A DNA stretch of 64,000 nt from a virus (IMGVR_UViG_3300020109_000007:47463-111462), one strand, 5' to 3'. Numbered from the stretch's first letter, positions 9,770-18,795 are shown. Numbers and translations: made by a program. Notes: a model not told the origin generated them from the letters alone.

Positions 9770-9876
9770 TAGTTCTCCTAATATGGAGGAGGGCTACGGT
9801 CTCGATCCGTATCCGTGGTATTAGCACGAACCTTTTCTTTAGCAAAGAAAGACAGGTCCCACCTGCTTAACCCTCC

Positions 9877-10140
9877 TTACTTCTTGCCTTTATCGGCAAG
9901 TTTATATAATCCTTCAAATACTGCCTTCTCCATATGAGACAGTGATCCGTCAGCGTTCTTAACTACATAATCCCCCGACTTTAGATACTTAGCGCCCTCT
10001 CTAGTATATACGATCCATGAAGATCGAGGATCTACTTTGGGAGAACGAGGACCATCGGAGGTAACTCCCTTGGGAATCTTGTCCTCGTCGGGAAGAAATT
10101 GCTCTGCGTCAATTTCTAGAGTGGCAACATATTTAGCCAT
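9877..10140 (-). CDS. Hypothetical protein
   Basis: 87-aa ORF. Confidence 0.3.
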   Translation of the reverse strand: MAKYVATLEIDAEQFLPDEDKIPKGVTSDGPRSPKVDPRSSWIVYTREGAKYLKSGDYVVKNADGSLSHMEKAVFEGLYKLADKGKK

Positions 10141-10586
10141 TAAAAGGGCACCTCATCATTTAAAATATATACTACAGGTTGAAAGTTGATGGCTTCTTCT
10201 TCTAAGATAGCGGAGACTATCTTCCACTCTCCGCCAGCTAAACCACATCCGATTAGCGGAAAAGCTACCTCACCTCGCACATTCTTGTTAATTAAGCTAA
10301 AACCCTTACGAAGGGCTCGATAGTCGACGTGAACTCGATCAGTTCCGTAGAATTCTTGCCCAACTAAATTAAGAATAATATGACTCTCGCAGTCTGCTCC
10401 AATAACAGAGCCTAGCGTGAGTCGATTTTCCTCATATGCTTCTCTGTAGATCTCAAATGCTCTAGGATACTTCAGTCGAATCGCCTTAGCAACTTCAGAG
10501 CCCATTACTCCTTGAGCATTCACACAATGGCAGATGTACTTAGCTTCTGTATTCAATAGATCACCGTATCGGTAGTCAATTTGCAT
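10140..10586 (-). CDS. Macro domain (ADP-ribose binding/processing) protein
   Basis: HCVNAQGVMGSEVAKAI and PLIGCGLAGG motifs. The likely start is at the internal Met near 10586. Confidence 0.55.
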   Translation of the reverse strand: MQIDYRYGDLLNTEAKYICHCVNAQGVMGSEVAKAIRLKYPRAFEIYREAYEENRLTLGSVIGADCESHIILNLVGQEFYGTDRVHVDYRALRKGFSLINKNVRGEVAFPLIGCGLAGGEWKIVSAILEEEAINFQPVVYILNDEVPF

Positions 10587-11019
10587 TGAGTAAATCCTGC
10601 CTATACAGAGCTTGTAATTTGAGATGCTCATTCGTAGGTGTTAGATTTTGATTCCTACAAATATCTAGTTCTTCTTGGTACTTATCTTTCCACAGAGACG
10701 TACCGTAAACCGCTTCTAATATCATCCATTGACTAGTTACAGAGGCTAACTGAACGTCGAAACCCAAGAACTTTCTTGGCTCATTATCAGTCATTGCTAT
10801 TAGCTGCAATCTACCAGGGGTCTGAAAAGCATCATAATCTATCTTAGTCCCATAGACCCAAGCATAGAAGCTATTAGCTGTTTCTACATAATTTTCAACA
10901 GGAAGATTTATATGTGCTACAAAATCATAAAAGCTCTTCTTAGAGCCAATAAAGTCATAGTCCGTGTCTCTACTAATTAATCCGTGTGCTTGCAGAGACT
11001 TTGATCCGTATAAAATCAT
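10576..11019 (-). CDS. Hypothetical protein
   Basis: 147-aa ORF. Confidence 0.3.
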   Translation of the reverse strand: MILYGSKSLQAHGLISRDTDYDFIGSKKSFYDFVAHINLPVENYVETANSFYAWVYGTKIDYDAFQTPGRLQLIAMTDNEPRKFLGFDVQLASVTSQWMILEAVYGTSLWKDKYQEELDICRNQNLTPTNEHLKLQALYRQDLLNAN

Positions 11020-11702
11020 AAATTAGTAACGTCCACGAAATAAGTCGGAAAGAAGGTATAGCTTGGACCAATCCATCCAGTATTACCGCCGGACGTTCCT
11101 GTGCCCGAAGAAGCATATACTGGAAAATTATCGTGAATGTAAGAACTACCGAGAACTCTCAATCCTGCAAATCTAATTTCTTCACGATAGAAGTAGTCTC
11201 CTCGTGTATCTACTTCTACGTCTAGAGTTCTATCGTATCCCGCCATACTCCAAAAAGCATATTGCTTACCTGGGGGCAACTGATCCGCACTAATAGGTCT
11301 TACCACTTGCATTATCGGAACATTACTATCAAATATACAGGTTCCTGTTTCCGAAAATACTTGCAGTCCTGCGTTATTATTGCTAAAGCTGGGGTTGTCA
11401 AATATGTAATATTCGACAGAACCCGTAAACGCAAGAGTCGAGTCTCTCAGTAGCAAAACTGTCGCCGTATATGTGTTGCCATTTTTAGTAAAGTTACCGA
11501 TACCCGCAAGACTATAAGATCCGTTCACCTTAATAGCAGGAATAGGATTAGTTCCTGTAAAACTGAATGTACCTTCTGATATACGAGCGTAATTTCCCTG
11601 TACTAAGGGAGCATAGCCTTTTTGAGTTAGCGATAGTACGGGAGTTACTCCGTCTATTTGAAAGACGTTATCGTCATTTAACACCTGCATACCTACTGGC
11701 AT
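11016..11702 (-). CDS. Hypothetical protein
   Basis: 228-aa ORF, Gly/Ser/Thr-rich. Confidence 0.3.
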   Translation of the reverse strand: MPVGMQVLNDDNVFQIDGVTPVLSLTQKGYAPLVQGNYARISEGTFSFTGTNPIPAIKVNGSYSLAGIGNFTKNGNTYTATVLLLRDSTLAFTGSVEYYIFDNPSFSNNNAGLQVFSETGTCIFDSNVPIMQVVRPISADQLPPGKQYAFWSMAGYDRTLDVEVDTRGDYFYREEIRFAGLRVLGSSYIHDNFPVYASSGTGTSGGNTGWIGPSYTFFPTYFVDVTNL

Positions 11703-12004
11703 TATTGTACTCCGTACACTACTCTATACTCCCCTGAAAAGGGAGGAGGCTGAGCCTCGCCACCAAATGTGGCCGTGCCAATAAATAGTCGGGTATCTCC
11801 GTCTGTGAACTGAGCGTCTACTCGCCTGTTGGAAAAGTTATAAACTATAACCCAAGGTTTTTGAGTCCCTGATAAGGGAGGCAGATTTATATAGGTATTC
11901 TGTTCATATGTATAAGTAACATCTGAAAGAACTCTAGATGTATAAGTAGAAGTATCTAATATTAGAACTCCCGACTCGTTCCAAACCTGAAGTCCTTGTG
12001 GCAC
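11702..12004 (-). CDS. Hypothetical protein
   Basis: 100-aa ORF whose stop and start overlap its neighbours. Confidence 0.3.
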   Translation of the reverse strand: MPQGLQVWNESGVLILDTSTYTSRVLSDVTYTYEQNTYINLPPLSGTQKPWVIVYNFSNRRVDAQFTDGDTRLFIGTATFGGEAQPPPFSGEYRVVYGVQ

Positions 12005-12199
12005 TTAACTCCTAGAGACTTTATCCCTTAGAAGAGATATACCGTACCAAATAGCCCAGAACGGCCAGATGATAGCTACAAAAACGTGATTGAATTGAAA
12101 TGGGGAAACTCCATGACGCGGAGCCTCACGATAAATCTGAATTAGAAACACCGTTAGCCCAATCAGATAGGTCGCGAGAATAATCCAAAAAGCAGTCAT
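12005..12199 (-). CDS. Small membrane protein
   Basis: The start is reassigned to the internal Met MTAFWII, which has an AGGAG RBS. The longer ORF would overlap the tRNA at 12216-12289. Confidence 0.4.
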   Translation of the reverse strand: MTAFWIILATYLIGLTVFLIQIYREAPRHGVSPFQFNHVFVAIIWPFWAIWYGISLLRDKVSRS

Positions 12200-12215
12200 G
12201 TAAGCTCCTATAAAG

Positions 12216-12289
12216 TGGAGCCCCCGAAGGGAGTCGAACCCTAGCACTTAAGATTAGAAGTCTCAATGCCGAAATCCGTCGGCGGGGGC
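12216..12289 (-). tRNA. tRNA (anticodon loop CTTCTAA suggests UCU, Arg)
   Basis: Acceptor GCCCCCG/CGGGGGC plus an encoded CCA. T-arm AGGGTTCGACTCCCT. Confidence 0.6.
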
Positions 12290-12295
12290 AATAAA

Positions 12296-12742
12296 TTACT
12301 TATTCAACTCGCGCTCAATTTCAGTAAAGAAAATCATATAACGACCCATTCTCTTTACATCCTTCTCAGTAATACCCTTAAGGCGAGTAATATCACTGTT
12401 ATGCTTTAAATCGCTACGTTTTACTTTCATGGCGTCACGATTAGCTAGAACCTTTGACTTGTAAGTATTATAGCTCTCACCATTTTGTTTAGTGAGTGCC
12501 ATGATACCTTCAATGATGCGAGAGGTAGCCCCTAGTTCGATGAGGTCTTCTACAGTAGCGGAAGTATCCTCAAAGAGATCGTGCCCTACAGCTATGCATT
12601 GAACCTCCTCATCCTCTAGGCGAACTCCGTGGAGCACTTCTAGTACGTGAAGAATATAAGGTTCCCCAGCTTTATCAAACTGCCCAGCATGAGCATTAGT
12701 AGCAAATACAATAAATTTTCCTAGAAGCTCGCCTTTATTCAT
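12296..12742 (-). CDS. HD-domain (p)ppGpp hydrolase, SpoT/RelA-hydrolase-like (small alarmone hydrolase)
   Basis: NAHAGQFDKAGEPYILHVLEV followed by AVGHDLFED matches the RelA/SpoT HD hydrolase signature. Confidence 0.65.
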   Translation of the reverse strand: MNKGELLGKFIVFATNAHAGQFDKAGEPYILHVLEVLHGVRLEDEEVQCIAVGHDLFEDTSATVEDLIELGATSRIIEGIMALTKQNGESYNTYKSKVLANRDAMKVKRSDLKHNSDITRLKGITEKDVKRMGRYMIFFTEIERELNK

Positions 12743-12759
12743 TATTACTTCCTTTCTAG

Positions 12760-12800
12760 GACTAGAGTAGCAAAACTAAGATAGCGAGTCAAGAAATAAA
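12760..12800 (-). promoter_or_regulatory. sigma70-like promoter (TTGACT-N17-TACTCT) for 12296..12742
   Basis: Reverse-complement reading gives TTGACTcgctatcttagttttgcTACTCT. Confidence 0.4.
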
Positions 12801-13000
12801 TCTCAACTCGCTATCTAAACGAACGGGTCCCCGCTGCTCCCGATTACGCCGTGCTCGATGGGGTTTCACAGGGTCGACCCTGTCTCTTCTCTATACTACG
12901 GCAACGCATGTCGCTCGGGCTACACTTTAAGGTCGCATCACGCGTCCAGCAGATTGGCCGGTGAGTAGGTAGGTTACACCCGATCCCCTACTTCTTATAA

Positions 13001-13081
13001 TGGAGCCCTCGACAAGACTCGAACTTGCATGTGATCCAATTAACCTTTCAACTGGTTCGTAGCCAGAGGGTTTACGAGGGC
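13001..13081 (-). ncRNA. Non-canonical tRNA-like RNA (acceptor, T-arm and CCA; no standard D/anticodon arrangement)
   Basis: GCCCTCG...CGAGGGC-T-CCA acceptor. T-arm GCAAGTTCGAGTCTTGT. Internal hairpins CTGGCTACGAACCAG and AACC...GGTT. Confidence 0.4.
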
Positions 13082-13086
13082 AGTTA

Positions 13087-13536
13087 TTAGTGAGCAAAAG
13101 TCTTACAACGAACAGCGTGATCTGCTGCGTGAGTAGCAGCCCAGCCGTCTGGCTTAATAACAGGCTTGAAACCCATTCCAGTTACATAGCCCATAGCTTC
13201 CTTCAAAGCGATGTTAGACTTGTGCTTAGGGTCGCTGTTTAGATCGAGGTGAACTTCAAGTGGCCTATCACCGAGAACTTCTACGATCTCAGAAGCTGCG
13301 GCGAGTGCGTATCCTGCCTCATTCATGAGGCGTTCACGCAAGTTGCCGAAGTCTCGCATAGTCTGCGTATCGTAGAAGATCTTACAGCCATGACGTCCGT
13401 CCTTATGCAGGACGATTACGGTAGAGTATCGTGCATACCAGACGCCCAACTTCTTAAGGCGAATGGAGTCACAGCCGATATAGACTTTCGACTCCTTAGA
13501 AGAGTCTGCGACAGCTTGTTTTGCTTCTTCCCACAT
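13087..13536 (-). CDS. Hypothetical protein (possibly RNase H-like fold)
   Basis: 149 aa with conserved acidic and His residues (VYIGCDS..., HLDLNSD, AATHAADHAVR). No firm family assignment. Confidence 0.3.
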   Translation of the reverse strand: MWEEAKQAVADSSKESKVYIGCDSIRLKKLGVWYARYSTVIVLHKDGRHGCKIFYDTQTMRDFGNLRERLMNEAGYALAAASEIVEVLGDRPLEVHLDLNSDPKHKSNIALKEAMGYVTGMGFKPVIKPDGWAATHAADHAVRCKTFAH

Positions 13537-14108
13537 TAGACTATCCTATTATATTTCTTGATATTATCTTCTGGAGATAAATATTGTAAATTATTTTCTA
13601 CATGTAACCCACATACTTCTACACCTTGAAGTGGTATAATATGATCTACATGAAAGCCTTTTGGACAATTAGCGTATATGCGAGCAATTTCTTTCAAATT
13701 TGCCCATTTGGGTATACTACCTAACCTTGCACTTTTGTATTTAGCAGTTCTAGCTGTTTGAGTAACATAGCTTCTGCTATAGTGACAAGTCTTACAATAA
13801 GCATTGTGACCATCTGAACGGTTTTTATTTAAAGCAAAAGAAGAAATCTGTAAAGTTTCTTTACAGGAAGAACAATTTTTTAATCCTGCTAATTTTAGTA
13901 GCCAAGTTGATAACTTTTCTTTTCCTACTTTATCGGGAAAATAACTTGCTAGTATACTTAGCCGCAGTATGTCCGTACTCTTCTCTTAAATTGTAAGAAC
14001 TTTTACTCAATATATCTAGTAATCTATTGTAGGAGTAGCCCTTGTTATCTAACAAATAAGGGATTTCTCTATTATAAGATATTATAATGCTATCTAATAG
14101 ATCTTTCA
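13537..14108 (-). pseudogene. HNH homing endonuclease pseudogene (frameshifted)
   Basis: Own translation: frame A reads MKDLLDSIIISYNREIPYLLDNKGYSYNRLLDILSKSSYNLREEYGHTAAKYTSKLFSR*. A second frame continues through RLSILASYFPDKVGKEKL...NCSSCKETLQ...PKWANLKEIARIYANCPKGFHVDHIIPLQGVEVCGLHVENNLQYL. That frame has no Met, which explains its absence from the ORF track. Confidence 0.6.
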
Positions 14109-14192
14109 TAGTTGGTTGCGGGAGTAGCGCTCGAATCTACCAGATTGCCAGGATATGAGCCTGGTGACTAACCATCTTGTCCTTCCCGACAT
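14104..14192 (-). tRNA. tRNA-like / degenerate tRNA (acceptor does not close)
   Basis: CCA, a T-arm with TTCGAGC loop and a D-arm-like segment, but 5'/3' acceptor complementarity is poor. Confidence 0.3.
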
Positions 14193-14331
14193 AATGAATT
14201 ATAGAAGCCTCTTATTAGGCTGAGGTCGAACAGAAGGAGCTGTAGGAGTATTAGCTACGTCCTTTGACTTCTGAAAGAAGCGCCCAAATAGAAATGCGAA
14301 GATTGTCTTAAACATAATAATCTCCTTAAAT

Positions 14332-14406
14332 TGGCATGGGTCCAGGGACTCGAACCCTGCTCGGCGGCTTTGGAGACCGCTGCCATCCCTGATCGGCCTG
14401 ACCCAT
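14332..14406 (-). tRNA. tRNA-Trp(CCA)
   Basis: Acceptor ATGGGTC/GACCCAT, T-arm CAGGGTTCGAGTCCCTG, anticodon arm GCGGT-CTCCAAA-GCCGC. Confidence 0.7.
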
Positions 14407-14561
14407 ATGATACTAGCAACGCATGTTTGTTGCGGACTTATTCGCATTATCCAATGAAGCTAGTTTTTCTCGAATCTTGTCATGTTGTTCCTTGGTTAGT
14501 GTATCGTTCATATCTAGAACGCCCTGCAACCATAGGGCAAAACTCTTGTAAGTATCCATAA

Positions 14562-14803
14562 TTAACACTCCACCATGGGTGATCTAGAGTAGGTTGTATT
14601 GCTTTCGATATTGAAAGCACTACCTTCGTGCGCTCTTGAAAGCGGTTCTTGCTGCTCATCCGGAAAGCTAGGGTCGATCTCGTGGATAAACACCATGTTG
14701 AGGTGTCGCTTAATTAGATCAGCTTCTCGATCTCCAATATAAAGATCATCTCCTGACAACTCGAAGAAGCCTTGCAGCCAATAACAGAAATCCCTAGAAG
14801 TCA
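14562..14803 (-). CDS. Hypothetical protein (start reassigned to avoid tRNA overlap)
   Basis: Internal Met MTSRDFCYWLQGFF.... Confidence 0.3.
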
Positions 14804-14818
14804 TACTAACCTTTCTAA

Positions 14819-14895
14819 TGGTACTAGCGGTGGGACTCGAACCCACAAACGCGAACTTTTGAGGAACGCAGGTTTGCCCTTTCCGTCACGCTAGC
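14819..14895 (-). tRNA. tRNA (anticodon loop CTCAAAA; anticodon stem has two T-T mismatches)
   Basis: Acceptor GCTAGCG/CGCTAGT, T-arm GTGGGTTCGAGTCCCAC. Confidence 0.5.
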
Positions 14896-14901
14896 ATGAA
14901 T

Positions 14902-14975
14902 TGGTTGTCCTACGAAGATTCGAACTTCGATACTACGGTTATCGGCCGATTGCTCTACCATTGAGCTATAGGACA
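14902..14975 (-). tRNA. tRNA (type undetermined)
   Basis: Acceptor TGTCCTA/TAGGACA, D-arm GCTCAATGGTAGAGC, T-arm CGAAGTTCGAATCTTCG. Perfect hairpin CGATA-ACCGTAG-TATCG in the anticodon region. Confidence 0.55.
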
Positions 14976-14982
14976 GTGAAAT

Positions 14983-15060
14983 TGGTGGACTCGGTGAGAA
15001 TCGAACTCACAACACGCGCCGTGCAAAGGCGCATCGCTATCCCTTAGTACATGCGAGCCC
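14983..15060 (-). tRNA. tRNA-Ala(TGC)
   Basis: Anticodon arm GCGCC-TTTGCAC-GGCGC and a G3-U70 pair in acceptor GGGCTCG/CGAGTCC. Confidence 0.65.
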
Positions 15061-15321
15061 GTTAAGTGGTGAAGACAGAGAGGTTCCAACTCTCCTGCGC
15101 TATGCTGCCAGCATTGCCTGGACACCAAGCCCTGCCCCCATTAACTATATTTCGTAGGCACATGGCCCTTATAATTGTTGATGTAGAACTCTTGCTCTTC
15201 TTCGTGCAAACAGCTCCACACGTATTCTAGAAACTTGATCTGCTCGTCCATAAGATGGAACTTAGCAATCAGACGTGCTTTCGCCTCTTTGTAATGCACC
15301 TTAGTCTCCTCGTTGAGGAGC

Positions 15322-15981
15322 CTAATAAGGAAACTTATTTCCTTTTTTTAGGTTTTCCTCTGCTGTAAGATATTGTAAGTTAGTTTCGACATGTAGTCCA
15401 CAAACATTATCTCCTTGCAAAGGGATCACGTGATCTACGTGATAGCCTTCAGGACAGTTTAAATAAATGTCTCTAATTGCAGCCACGTCGGCCCAACTAG
15501 GACAAGCTCTAAGTTTTGCCGCTCTTCTTTTAGCGTCAATAGCTCTTTTTACCTCAGGATTATCTTTGGCCCATCGCATAGAAGCTAGACTAGACTTCTC
15601 CGCATTGGATGCGTAATAAGCTCTAGATTTATTAACTAAGCAAATTGAGCAAGAACTACTTAATTCATCAGAGTTAGATTTATCTAGCCCAAACTCTGAT
15701 CGAGGTTTTATGCAATTACATTTAGCACAATACTTATTTTCTGTGAGTCTAAGCAACTGTTGTTTAGCAGTAAGTTTTCCTAAAGCTTTTTCAGGTGTAA
15801 GCATCTTCATATATTTATAAAACGTATCTCGCTTTATAAGAAGTAGACTCATGGCTTCTAAGCTAGAATTTGAGCCTAATACTGCTAATATAAAAGACCG
15901 ATAAGTTATTGCTTTACGGTCTTTCCATTTAGGAATTAAAATAGCATCAGGTTTATCCGTTATCTGGGCTACTAAGTCCAT
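15322..15981 (-). CDS. HNH homing endonuclease
   Basis: C-terminal YHVDHVIPLQGDNVCGLHVETNLQYLTAEEN..N. Confidence 0.75.
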   Translation of the reverse strand: MDLVAQITDKPDAILIPKWKDRKAITYRSFILAVLGSNSSLEAMSLLLIKRDTFYKYMKMLTPEKALGKLTAKQQLLRLTENKYCAKCNCIKPRSEFGLDKSNSDELSSSCSICLVNKSRAYYASNAEKSSLASMRWAKDNPEVKRAIDAKRRAAKLRACPSWADVAAIRDIYLNCPEGYHVDHVIPLQGDNVCGLHVETNLQYLTAEENLKKGNKFPY

Positions 15982-16399
15982 TCTTTATATGCTCTCGTGC
16001 AACCTTTTGCATCTTTGCTGTAGTCTCAGAGTTATTCCAATATCTATTAACACCAGAAGTATGTGGAATTAATAGAACATTATCTAAAATCTCTCCAAAA
16101 GACATTTTGCGATATTTGGCCGGCATGGCCTTGATCGCCGATTTGCCTAAAACTATAAAAGGCTTAGAACCGGCCTTCGCTAGAAAGGAAGCTACTCTAG
16201 ACCGGGATTCAAGACTAGCGGAACTGGCAGAGCCCCTCTCAACCGCATTTAGTCTGGTTGTGACCGCTAAGTAATCCTCTTTATTATTAAAGTTCAGCAG
16301 CCGCATTAAACGAGCAGCTGCTCCAGTATCAGTATGAGGGTACAGCGGTCTATCTGGATCAGTATTTGGACCTGGGCGTTCGCCCAGAATGAAGATCAT
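15953..16399 (-). CDS. Hypothetical protein, weak UDG-superfamily-like motifs
   Basis: ILGERPGP...G.......G..L..LL and a late IPHTSG. Confidence 0.3.
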   Translation of the reverse strand: MIFILGERPGPNTDPDRPLYPHTDTGAAARLMRLLNFNNKEDYLAVTTRLNAVERGSASSASLESRSRVASFLAKAGSKPFIVLGKSAIKAMPAKYRKMSFGEILDNVLLIPHTSGVNRYWNNSETTAKMQKVAREHIKNGLSSPDNG

Positions 16400-16731
16400 T
16401 CTTTACTCGATTGAATCGTAATTAGCTTGGAAGGCTTAAAAGCACGCCAGGCTTGCTCTTCTAGGTCAAATACTGGAATATAGTCATTATAATGACGATC
16501 CTCAGCAGGCTTCGTAGCCGATACGTGAGGTAGATAGTCTTCCTTCAAAGTGCAAATCATGACTCGCTCAGAGCCATCGCGCTTCTCGAAGGTAATTTCG
16601 CAGATTTCGTTCTTGAGTCGATCAATCAACTGTTCGTTATTCATTCTGAAATCCTTAAATGGAGCGCCCGGAGGTATTCGAAACCTCTTTCCATGGCTTT
16701 GCAGGCCAGGCAGCAACCTATGCGCGGACAC
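16396..16731 (-). CDS. Hypothetical protein
   Basis: 111-aa ORF. Confidence 0.3.
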   Translation of the reverse strand: MSAHRLLPGLQSHGKRFRIPPGAPFKDFRMNNEQLIDRLKNEICEITFEKRDGSERVMICTLKEDYLPHVSATKPAEDRHYNDYIPVFDLEEQAWRAFKPSKLITIQSSKE

Positions 16732-16738
16732 ATTAAAC

Positions 16739-16816
16739 TGGAGCCTCCACGAGGAATCGAACCCCGACTACCGCAGTACAAAAGCGGTGTGCTAAAACCG
16801 TTATCACTATGAAGGC
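16739..16816 (-). tRNA. tRNA-Thr(TGT), provisional
   Basis: Acceptor GCCTTCA/TGGAGGC, T-arm CGGGGTTCGATTCCTCG, anticodon region ACCGC-TTTTGTACT-GCGGT. Confidence 0.55.
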
Positions 16817-17077
16817 ATTAAATTGGCGAGCGCGACGGGTAACGATCCCGCTTTGTAGGATTGACAATCCTATGTGTTTACCATAATCACCACGCGCCCA
16901 TTAAATCTTAAATGCGGGGAAAATCTCATTGTGACCGAGAGCCTTTCGGGCTTCATCATAAATCTGACGCAGCTCATTCTCAAAGCGCTTCGTAACGGCG
17001 GCCTTCTGAGCCTCTTCCTCACGAGCCTTGGCAAGATCGGCTACAATCTGTTCAACGGTTCGCATTTGCTTCCTTTC

Positions 17078-17125
17078 GTCTTGATGCGATCATTATATTC
17101 AAAACTAGGACCAAAGTCAAGAACT
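17078..17125 (-). promoter_or_regulatory. Conserved sigma70-type promoter (TTGACT-N17-TATAAT ... ATCAAGAC)
   Basis: Reverse-complement reading gives agTTGACTttggtcctagttttgaaTATAATgatcgcATCAAGACG. Confidence 0.5.
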
Positions 17126-17752
17126 AAATTAAGAGTGGCTTTTCGAAAAGCTCTGTATTACCTCCTGACTTAAGATAATCTTTGACAGTTACTCTCTTTA
17201 CAGAGGCTAGTAACTTCTGCTCCAAAGTTAGGGCCTCTGCTCCCGTAGCAAAACTCCAAATCTTAAGTATCTCTAATAATTTATCAGAATCTTTAGCGAA
17301 GCGTTCTTTCACGGTTCTATTAGTAACCCCCACTTTATAATAGTTACCTATTTTACGTAATAGGTTAGAGCTGGTTTATCTAATTTAAACCTTGAAGTAT
17401 TACAAATGGGACAACCGTTTCCATGTAAAATAGAGTCAGGAGAAACTAGATATTTATGGTCACAATTTAAATTATGATGCAAAATCTTAGTAGTCGTATT
17501 AACGTACTTTTCTAATACGTTAAACCTGTCTTTAACTTGCTCAACGTACAAGTCGTGGGATTTAAAATTACCGGCACATAAAGGACACCCACTTCCATTT
17601 AGAAGATGAGCAGGCCTGACTCTCCATTTAAAACCACACTTATGTCTATGTAAAACAGGAGTTTTATTTGTCTGATAATTTTCCAAACGAGTATAATCGC
17701 TAGCTTTAGCAGCTAACTCAATATCATATTCTTCGTTTGTCTTTCTTTTCAT
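17124..17752 (-). pseudogene. Split GIY-YIG/T5orf172-like endonuclease gene (two ORFs, 17348..17752 and 17124..17333)
   Basis: The upstream ORF carries the Zn-ribbons (GFKWRVRPAHLLNGSGCPLC). The downstream ORF carries the family C-terminus (ITVKDYLKSGGNTELFE). Both parts are contiguous in intact paralogues such as 40082..40702. Confidence 0.45.
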
Positions 17753-17937
17753 ATGTCATTTAGTCTGCAAATATACTATATCCGTGTACTCTCCGAATTG
17801 TCCAGCATCCAGCCTTATCGCTAAACATGATACCCAGACCTTCCACAGCATTCGCCTCTTGAATGTTACGACGAAGTTTCTCGCCTGTAGCAGACTCAAG
17901 ATCACAGATACGATAGTACATTTATATTCCTATATTG

Positions 17938-18013
17938 TGGTGCGCCCCCAGGGAATCGAACCCTGATCCTCCGCTCTTCAGGCGGGTGCATGAACCACCA
18001 CTGCCAGAGACGC
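17938..18013 (-). tRNA. tRNA-Phe(GAA)
   Basis: T-arm CAGGGTTCGATTCCCTG and anticodon loop CTGAAGA. Confidence 0.6.
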
Positions 18014-18014
18014 A

Positions 18015-18221
18015 TTAGTTAATCTTACAAGTCCTACCTGATTGCTTATCACTAGGAATTACATACTCTATATGCCCACCGCGGCTAAGACAATTCGTCT
18101 TGTACTCGCTGTCAAGCTTACTATCATTAGAAACACAGCTAGTAATTAAGAAAATTACTACTACACCAGCCATAAGAACCATCGCCCATACTAGGCTGAA
18201 CATACGATCACTGGAGTTCAT
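18015..18221 (-). CDS. Small membrane protein
   Basis: TM segment FSLVWAMVLMAGVVVIFLI. Confidence 0.3.
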   Translation of the reverse strand: MNSSDRMFSLVWAMVLMAGVVVIFLITSCVSNDSKLDSEYKTNCLSRGGHIEYVIPSDKQSGRTCKIN

Positions 18222-18436
18222 TAACGCTGCCCCTTCACGGCCTGGTAAGATTGAGAGAGCTCAAACATAGAGCCTACGATATAATTAGACTTAGAAACTG
18301 GAATTACCGGAGGTCTAAAAGCAGGACTACCACAAGATAGACAAGTTCGGTATCCTAGTTCACGACGACGTGGATCGTAGTCGTCTCCACACTTAATACA
18401 AAAAGGCACAACATTCTCCGTCTTTGTTGTGTCCAT
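18221..18436 (-). CDS. Zn-ribbon protein
   Basis: CIKCGDDYDP...CLSCGS. Confidence 0.3.
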   Translation of the reverse strand: MDTTKTENVVPFCIKCGDDYDPRRRELGYRTCLSCGSPAFRPPVIPVSKSNYIVGSMFELSQSYQAVKGQR

Positions 18437-18479
18437 TATAGTACAATAAGCTTATAAAGTCAATAAGTATTTTAATTAA

Positions 18480-18554
18480 TGGTGCTCCTGAGAGGGATCG
18501 AACCTCTTCTGACCCCATACCAAAGGGTCGTGCTGCCATTATCACTACAGAAGC
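18480..18554 (-). tRNA. tRNA-Thr(GGT)
   Basis: Acceptor GCTTCTG/CAGGAGC, anticodon arm ACCCT-TTGGTAT-GGGGT. Confidence 0.6.
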
Positions 18555-18555
18555 A

Positions 18556-18627
18556 TGGAGCCCCTCCGTGGACTCGAACCGCGTCAGTCGGGGTAGAAAC
18601 CCAACGTCTCATCCAGTGAGGAGGGGC
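18556..18627 (-). tRNA. tRNA-Arg(TCT)
   Basis: Perfect acceptor GCCCCTC/GAGGGGC, anticodon arm TTGGG-TTTCTAC-CCCGA. Confidence 0.6.
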
Positions 18628-18795
18628 GTTTTATATAGCTGTTTTTAATATCTAAAGAAGAAAAGAATCCATTCTTTAAGCGAAGATCATTTACAGATAC
18701 TTTCCCACTTTTTAAGTCTTCCTCATCTTTAAGACGAGTTTTTTCTTTTTCTAGAGCTCTTTCTCTAGGATCATAATATTCCATGTTAAATTCCT

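Noticed and set aside
12743-13086. tmRNA (possibly permuted) hypothesis for the 13001-13081 tRNA-like element plus GC-rich tail
   Set aside because: The acceptor stem is self-contained and lacks G3-U70. No tag-peptide reading frame or pseudoknot pattern is recognisable by eye.
14199-14447. 82-aa ORF overlapping tRNA-Trp. Similar tRNA-overlapping ORFs occur at 18783..19028, 18811..18993, 23343..23712 and 27573..27773.
   Set aside because: They read through well-formed tRNA genes. At 14199..14447 only a short distal peptide (MFKTIFAFLFGRFF..., 38 aa) might be real.
15061-15150. Possible extra tRNA (GAGAGGTTCCAACTCTC T-arm-like hairpin near a TGG)
   Set aside because: No complementary acceptor strand and a non-canonical loop. 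Treated as an intergenic hairpin.
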